Shown piece after piece: positions 61,901-64,000 of a DNA stretch of 64,000 bases. How positions within the stretch are numbered: position 1 is the stretch's first letter; each line of letters begins with the position of its first letter. The notes beneath the pieces were generated by a model. It saw only the letters and a list, made by a program, of their open reading frames with translations. It did no database searches and was not told the DNA's origin. The DNA lies in IMG/VR virus record IMGVR_UViG_3300044974_000721, positions 7,228 through 71,227 of that record; one strand, given 5' to 3'. The position numbers and the translations under genes are program-made. The DNA is from a virus.

Positions 61901-64000
61901 ATAACACTCTTCAAACTATCTCTTCTGTTCTTACTCTTAATAGAGAAGTCTCCTTAAAAAATGATAACCCGCTGGTTTCTACTTATCGCCGTTTGGGTTT
62001 ATTAGACCCACACAATGATTCTTATTATTATGATATCAAATCAGCTTCTAGAAGAATGGGGTCTACTTTAGTAGATATTATGGCTAGAGGTATAGACTCT
62101 ATATTCTACCCAGCTAACTTTTTTCTAGGTATAGCTGTATCTTCATTAACTTCTTATTTTAGTGGACCTGTAAAAGCTTTAGTAGGAGATTACCTAGAAA
62201 GTGAAATGCTTAAACACGGTATGTACAACGCTACCCCCCGAGCCCTTGCTAATTTATCCAAAGAAGCCGGTGAGGGCGCAATGGCAGGTGGCGCTATAGG
62301 GGCCGCCGCTAGTGTTTTGGCTCTTCTTGGACTAGGCGCCGCTAGTGCTTTGTCCGGCGGTACTGCTCTTCCTGCTACTGTCCCTGTTATGTTAGGTATT
62401 GTTGGTGGTAGCACTGCTGTAGGCGCCGGTAGTGGTTTTCTAATTAACTTCCATGCTGGCACTAATCGCTATAGCCAACAACGACGCATTTCCAGACTTA
62501 GATCTTATGCTATTCAAAACGCTATCGCTAGCTCCTACGCCTCTAATTCCGCTTCTAGTTCAGATATCTACGATAATCAAGGTTTAGACCCCCAATTCTA
62601 TCCGGGTAGTATCTCTTTTTCTAATTATGGACATAAGGATCCGTCCGGAGGTAATAAGGATCAGCAATACAACATAAGCTCTTTTGCAGAAGCTTATCCC
62701 CACCATGCTGTATTTAGAAGAAAGCGCAGCCAATCTCTTTTTTATGTAAACAGCCGAGGTGAAAAAGTACCTCATGAAGTACAAGAACATATAGGACCAG
62801 ACGGTACTACACGCGAATTTGTAAAGCTAGATATTACTCTTCGTAAGGGCGGCCGTATGATAGGTGTTGAATTGCCTAGCTTTGCTACCGGTTATGCAAA
62901 AGTAGTCAGTGCGGGTAAAAACTCTTATGTGAGTATATATAAAGATCGGGAGATGACAAAATTTCTAGGTAGGGCGATACATATACGAGCTACAGTACGT
63001 ACAGGGCAAAAGGTTTTCTTTGGGCAGATAATAGGTACACAATATCCAGATGGGGGTAACACTCATACTGACTTAACTCTTTTACCAGAAACTTATGACC
63101 GCTATTTTAAGGCTTTAAAAACTGGAAATTGGGGTAATAACTTACCCCCCGCTCTAATTCCACCACCTTCTGCACAACCTCAAAACCAATCTACTTCAAC
63201 TGTTACTCAAGGACGTAACCTTTTAACACCAGAACTATATAATAGGCTTACACCTAAAGGTAAGCTGTATTACGACAATCTTAGAACTAATCCGGCTATA
63301 CTTGCCCTTGCAGATGCTGTAGCGCGCGCGGAAGGGACCGATTTTAGGAATAACTCTGTAAATTTTGGATATGGATATATTATTGGTGGCTCTAACATTG
63401 AACTATCTAAACTTAATAATATACAACACCCTTTCGTAGCCCCAGCTGGGCATACTCCTTTACGACGTAGAGCGGACCACCTGTCTACGGCATCGGGTAG
63501 ATATCAAGCTTTAGATTTTGTTTATGCAAGAGTAGCAAGTATGAACCATAATGCCCCAGACTTAGCTAAAATGTTTGAAGGTGTAGACCGCCGCATACCT
63601 ATAAACTCTTTTTCTCCAGGTGTCCAAGATTTAATGTTTATTTACTCTCTTGAAAAGCGGGGTATACTACAGGATGTAATTGGTGGAAACTTCTCAGAGG
63701 CTGTTCTTGATAAACTATCCAGAGAATATACTAGTATTACTATTACTAGAAATTATGGGGGGCATGGAACTCCTGAAGGTAGGAAAAATAATTTCATTAG
63801 GTTCTTAATGGACAGATACAGAATTCGTCAAGCAGAACAGCTTAGGTCTAAAACACCAAATACTAATACACAAGCAAAAACACCTAAGAACTCTACTAAT
63901 ACTCAAGCAAAAACACCTAAGGACACTGCTAATATACAGCCGCGCGCTGTTTTTTCTCCTAAACCTTCTTCTCCTTACTCTCTTTCCCCCCAACAACAAC
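46969..64000 (+). CDS. Giant multidomain virion protein (at least 5677 aa, 3'-truncated): tape-measure/ejection-like, with membrane segments, tandem PLD, M23-like peptidase and lambda-type lysozyme
   Basis: ATG at 46969 (MLPFISKHLMAPLGLAATAGLAG...). Every stretch I translated in this frame is open, and the absence of any ORF-track entry in this frame implies no stop before 64000. Motifs: HSKFF..VSTGN (49948), HAKVIASKD..GSHNFS..E (50467), TGQKV..GQIIG (63001), AEGT/STASGRYQ/FSP..QD (63328-63630). Confidence 0.85.
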   Translation, partial: MLPFISKHLMAPLGLAATAGLAGATLFSSMTLNSDPLKPAKSSFYLASEFVQNSLFLNPYENLYNQYGQQYSPKLQGRFSHDYSTFFQDGNFFKPISVSDDTYALPSFSQSEERQRSIDAADKLFERDKYITPYERATYTSVGALSGLALTGVLYGASNLIVKTGDLPTKNYTAFQYLFESEVINYNKSSGTLPKPTRYLPTNFMPATIGALTGYSVSGTEGAVIGTMLGSYIGGYLLMKEEYGPQLKPLVAGALYGALAANIILDSLKTFTQEKTQSQSFTSSSLIKNSGIKSRLLNQDFYKSSNPYSFSFTELKSLVDSSVTNNIYYTNFVDNTYSPGYKSVKRLNFKDTILSSYKPNYSANKLYRIEKGQKSNELKTETNVFDFLKPLPTAISASFFASLPLLLTAALGTEKADSVKKEVNKGLVNFWNIFGAYEARQANIKAQGEIVESSKGLLSSLNEGKLSGSFKSTLTLGKSTFNYFRSEVVKNLKAPLPIAAGALVYSLLSTYQYNRSSELVKDIDKDYIPSNSIKLNNAPLNILSYAALGGVVGGTTSHFLSKFPAYRKLSYSLPFTSLIGGAITGAAELQRANLINDSSSVLPNTLLGTTMGFGLAFPLTQYSKSLHTKGEKYLKGNTISSALFGSIIGAISGFISSYQFESKSETPSNYNKDPIIVINQAVAPPGTDKETVNYANELINNSRYLAEGMAVRLDNSHIFYDSGTIGTGLMSFLKGSKDNTLLGAFYELSSDKEFLGLLATKARDEGIVVSMGGNISFTGGLEGAYKSILNSFGLGGPGAAITYKISEAINSVSKNMTGKNVYKTLEEKANPNTDSDDSGARTINSLLFGGLGFITAPTMTKIISNIYFNQSTSGIFSNKNVFSRLFIGFTFGTLGYNFASTTLDSTPYRHIEQAAEYFAGTPIDSLKAYGLTIGKNGPNTKNYFTGNFIDHMLAMFSRTTLLSGIDVTNKTTPFALGYKYDPSKKNEIYNYILHSKFFVEEEGYSDRYFVSTGNLETVVQTSRGARKQLNYAIYGKDPQIAKDLRTVAKFVATANTSDDLSTLTNQLTSKKVSIGGFGSNSDQQIINLIRESKGQIYGVMPYASDVEIANAFVQAQKEGNDVTVFIQNPLGVKAGGSQVASSNFARILFEGGVTIQILPEDSTYLPHAKVIASKDTVHLGSHNFSSNSARHVIEASLQFRSSNIGTPVIQAIKRDIYTTGAIALNTKNYKEVVDKALSSKDYFTLRLYKALYGTSNLKENQTRISNKNDLVEFLTPDLLSISGIIDSNLNSGAVFLPTSIPTDYYSRHGFSAKPNIYQHIRYGLDKQSSIERFSAFYADFALQHPLTKGLGSYINSVFPNLYKPNDGLFTTVTKGLGRFLDTITGHYTNMYYKDLRQGLIYGTIKDYHKSAYRNDNRRGFFENTLSTVSSAMSTTVYSLAFYFGVTHSMSIARAKFEDIGTDYISQLNFDSTPDYIKKIYFDSSSIKRFSLVKDITDTLKTTSSTQLGKVLDQYYDYIISEAYSSTPTTSSTTTSAIKSIDSDIKTQFDTLRTSTDGHNLIIEHDIDSVKEAITNKKIDVNDSSSIAKFKKETFGVDDTNITFRTVEGRPALFNTVSYLRNIDNSHFNNIIEPIIRDIAIYDSADAASFENTLLALKRSISGPITLSFKEGSDYKDLLDVENFGYKRLENIATQLDKLASFIPANPLLYYKPYRQARGVTTLSQYNISPSGAIFKDSISLKSLIGPGFSGLTSFSTQVLQHIKTVKLDKFVSESFNSFVLQNKLIKTELKIAKEVDNLLKLNTVPVDLLQDLTDFNNSTLTSKSLKELSDNLKDNVGEALKDIINDSKLSTLILQYTQDYDAFISNTKFYGNDSIEKIKDNSNIGLNRTLRSILFSAGPILILDRLLDPHLMQNNGDLISQIFADFNLTRTKDDKRVSQIEFTGGIPFYIKYPAILSGFVTGGFALPARQSTHSVISLLNTTLQSRYANVNLSGLTGAADSSLLNEAHEYLKTLSSSSSAAIDLDSPVSKYLFGGGGQRLKLKFGYMGAFVGGSAALIATQTLFNLTALTLNFIKWADKGEGQKPSSEEMAAGLKVMSIIKRSLTAQKTSKKATVDEIASREVLRLGALNLTYGRDKRSSYVYTFSSQIPTPLFQATLVSKLDKQGNALTYGLGFQFFPILGSGSIPTAPFSISLRPLRNTIADKRLSYINYLSGTTSNEYEKVNEYKRQLNHSLGVSLLSLPGQFISVDKDTTLSAAINFLGATSYLSSLASKIPKSVSPSDKAFRYTTAFAFDTARNIVGYSQALTIALPNAFFKVGTSLLGNPNIKPLGPASRKLAPFILSYMYASGITAPEGSFSHIGSHIANPVDAEWYRFITAVAPTTLIYGVGLHQAKVFSKAQDMAPLDTSTDFISNKQRAIKNIYDAAVKSIDPKLVANYELPLIRTANLRLNIAARRIFSITSLLVAGGLISNVSNLKIGFLDIISDSQSKQLSEVERVLQGDNSNLVRYRPSNVFDAAISYADFLARSVTGIFGVQNLFYRDDPNAFLSLGGPFGISETQPNKHRDYVQNQASSADISGSKVTLAAQLASADFSMQLKAMLDLSGSKDKTSSQVFTRLFAYPRKDFAKISRYISQSEYSLIRNRSGAFQLAIATREYQLQHLKHQRPIELAYTLLKELYAAGRINSPKTRIPVTYTPLDSLPDMFATVYSTPSDSSLDLSTRITRLLKGFTSKSSTFVALEDIAMQQYKEMSSQIPFIGYFIDNFKDIASSISGNTTASSGFALALQAVPLATFALGGVFSVGSQLLTSLYAVQTGNILKSSRNELETVRSNLERIKKAPFGYDPTTKKLKFNNTPINEAIIDVTNPTLLSSNIQTAHTSLFDTNFIDNEITSDIQEISTLKNSLRTATDSSHIASIKSDIETKTLSLKDKLTKKLEYFLDTDINIGPSKSLKVSEVLQITSEVKDNLLSKANNILTELTSIIESTQLEEVLDPRIKRALGQALIELHKDIYSQAHLPPTTKPNVQTSSLSSTVARADKTASIPVKNLNSIIQQRGITGLVLQSSQGAFSLASKFQDLHGPYEVLSGLTLTISSTNRLQKYQGAYAASSGLITTAAAFAAMLAINSLGVSALPLMIAMGLGVWGFTSWDSTFNNKRFTRSALSTMLAIDKAVFDPVRYGTANLLYNLPTIPILGPLSHAPFSLFDSFLNNIYSSSFVSENPNVQMGLSFILPETPQRYDLFRMSKVPNSYTFAGPRQEILSYDEYLKTIASNYQQNVQRAASYKPNIDPLVHPYLQGSVYTGNPFVDEPYLSPSRGGGRSRLLSKFANPPAISNILRIAIGLRSSQSDFDTYGASIYRSYNKPKNPLIGFGQFAFLNAARAGFFLNNNIFSFSTKTISKASSLSSQYLFGPVTSFIADIYKKLYIQQGLTWVTNQLSPFVKGSLFTSLILGGLEYYQPNMNPLSQLGISILGGSALTIGLHQLTKYLRNNALNPSVISSSNTFGSFIKTVKNPYLQGVGLLLGVSMLGGSSFINDNDKNSKPIKPFLQVAGSILTASAGVPLILSSVKNFKLPSFFGPSIAKHTPLALLGLSVGYFTYNSLNSNTTKDKTVPLLGGVGSGIISYVGGYYTLKALQKNISSVGKAGLFLLSSSLVTGLIRFPVKSILPQLNETEQILTSFAIGSALTFAASRTLPRLTNLISKTATTSSLTSSFSSTTTRTNRWFNNIKNIKGKVSGYLARGFNFAGNLVKFMGNPATLTLIDYQILSSNVDRLNQLDKYKKDRLNYRADYANAVSAASSSLAFSILGGGISKGKIGGGNIKSMAIAWLLSSVIGYVTGQYVGTTAGDAAYYESKNLPDKNQTNFVYNISKSLAPLFNFIPKANADSNNNTPTTYTKDTVLGLLNVAFIASTALNLFAGIRYWKATAISTPGSSFSSSTPGPVPGDDGDIPGSSTPPTSPGDAADSSRRRYHRRRYGPRSASSSSGASFFKRASSRPSSSGGSGPVPGDDADSSRRRYRRRRYGPRSASSSSGASFFKRASSRPSSGGGSFPGFDVGVAPKVEDLESFTSSTPNSKLKIKYLETDRLKGTTIASQTVNSADEVYNKLTTKYSSSLDGKQYDKLSDIVKEKLTPSVIHGGNEFVTMGYVDTTGNYSALSVSYQDTKSGRIVTKIFYAEGTDKSVMDSLIKESGVDTKKDWRSFTHTSPDFKTVDFTPSSPLQPSSAQPPTRSILVLEEGKGIQELNNKAFQHSSNLKLGYVHWIHNLSTNNINLDIEKKSAGAVFSPLKGFGQQLSLLIHQTLHLDSFYKPFSIPNTPNPEPHPKKSGAPATASKTPIPEPPPPPKRAPATTSKTLIPEPPPQEVKTIQSASKLQPGASINIDNLRIDEFSTGLQLVPGKGFVGGKETEFVSDGFTGKYEKSTLTPEDHSKLLGQGSKFDTSILRVDSEMGAVNIRSPDKVSPILTGTVVEIDGEQRAFLSVTSAFKDNKNRSGPGARIFTAKGGNESLLALVNYWEEHGNPSFEMDPNRAPQPVFYNTTVSLDLVSYSSDTNTNLLNPGTLTVKQAASHSYLLAESKGNLASFEYNAIPLSLSRIAKAQIIQPINEKSYEIISKDQKKVKPIHHYKNFTQIKTSLNAILNRPIPKEQDITFFKSEIAKNPNLKQDILPLLEGQGLDQIRKEFKKTTLKSQIAFSTRQINLLSFFNEITSDTEFKDSFSDYVTKANQNARGLSKEAKDNARAMKTWQDTYNKFSGGGGPSSSTFTGEFSAEQDPTLSWLDNYDDSRSIHATLIPFDFQYFNKQFRSLLSFGKQKIAPGIISVSSSAYSFFSDLSKSSFSSIRAASNKVSSIFKPSPRLSVSYTAPRPSPTYRPKPFGVLRSRSHNLFRRFYRPTPSVPKAPPTPNSNISIQKGGVLTGLSIFALSTLLINDKDQNSQALRTTLQIGGGMLAVTSLLAPLLQNKYVQRSLDSVGYLFFVHNTLQTISSVLTLNREVSLKNDNPLVSTYRRLGLLDPHNDSYYYDIKSASRRMGSTLVDIMARGIDSIFYPANFFLGIAVSSLTSYFSGPVKALVGDYLESEMLKHGMYNATPRALANLSKEAGEGAMAGGAIGAAASVLALLGLGAASALSGGTALPATVPVMLGIVGGSTAVGAGSGFLINFHAGTNRYSQQRRISRLRSYAIQNAIASSYASNSASSSDIYDNQGLDPQFYPGSISFSNYGHKDPSGGNKDQQYNISSFAEAYPHHAVFRRKRSQSLFYVNSRGEKVPHEVQEHIGPDGTTREFVKLDITLRKGGRMIGVELPSFATGYAKVVSAGKNSYVSIYKDREMTKFLGRAIHIRATVRTGQKVFFGQIIGTQYPDGGNTHTDLTLLPETYDRYFKALKTGNWGNNLPPALIPPPSAQPQNQSTSTVTQGRNLLTPELYNRLTPKGKLYYDNLRTNPAILALADAVARAEGTDFRNNSVNFGYGYIIGGSNIELSKLNNIQHPFVAPAGHTPLRRRADHLSTASGRYQALDFVYARVASMNHNAPDLAKMFEGVDRRIPINSFSPGVQDLMFIYSLEKRGILQDVIGGNFSEAVLDKLSREYTSITITRNYGGHGTPEGRKNNFIRFLMDRYRIRQAEQLRSKTPNTNTQAKTPKNSTNTQAKTPKDTANIQPRAVFSPKPSSPYSLSPQQQ
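58789..59110. repeat. GC-rich 141-bp tandem duplication encoding Arg/Ser-rich units
   Basis: gatagctcccgtagacgctacc at 58861 and 59002; DSSRRRY(H/R)RRRYGPRSASSSSGASFFKRASSRPSS occurs twice. Confidence 0.95.
59920..60060. repeat. Pro-rich ~57-bp repeat (APAT.SKT.IPEPPP) linker
   Basis: gcgccagctaca...agtaaaacac.tataccggaaccacctcca occurs twice. Confidence 0.85.
62690..63130 (+). other. M23-like peptidase domain within the giant ORF
   Basis: YPHH...KLDITL...LPSFATG...RAIHIRATVRTGQKVFFGQIIGTQ......THTD. Confidence 0.6.
63290..63740 (+). other. Lambda R-type lysozyme/lytic transglycosylase domain within the giant ORF
   Basis: ALADAVARAEGT...GYGYIIGG...QHP...STASGRYQ...FSPGVQD...KRGIL..V..G....LSREYTSI aligns by eye with lambda R (SEGT, GYDVIVGG, DHP, STAAGRYQ, FSP.SQD, WASL). 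Confidence 0.85.

Noticed and set aside
46969-64000. Large non-coding region, pseudogene field or alternative genetic code
   Set aside because: Frame +1 reads through under the standard code. The gene is missing from the track only because it lacks a stop within the window, and the other genes end normally at TAA, TAG or TGA.
1-64000. tRNA/rRNA genes, integrase, transposase, inteins
   Set aside because: Intergenic gaps are short and AT-rich and I saw no diagnostic motifs by eye. A covariance or HMM search could still find diverged examples.

Overview
AT-rich window from the virion-morphogenesis region of a large contractile-tailed (myovirus-type) phage; host unknown, with only weak hints towards cyanobacteria. 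The + strand block at 15.2-46.9 kb encodes a tail assembly chaperone with a likely -1 frameshift, portal, prohead protease/scaffold, major capsid protein, sheath, tube, baseplate proteins, large terminase and an ABC-type ATPase. Two giant genes flank this block. The first (1662..15113, minus strand, 4483 aa) carries tandem phospholipase-D-family HxK motifs at its N-terminus, followed by a correctly ordered set of motifs resembling a single-chain two-barrel RNA polymerase (R..KG, SQIK, RQ..R...G.S.I....L..H, R..xP, DNDGD). It appears to have an ~800-aa coiled coil inserted inside one barrel. The second (46969..>64000, + strand, at least 5677 aa) is missing from the supplied ORF track because it has no stop codon in the window. 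It contains many Gly-rich hydrophobic segments, a second tandem PLD pair, an M23-like peptidase and a lambda-R-type lysozyme. Together they suggest a virion-delivered envelope-breaching and transcription system. All family calls come from reading motifs by eye; no database searches were run.
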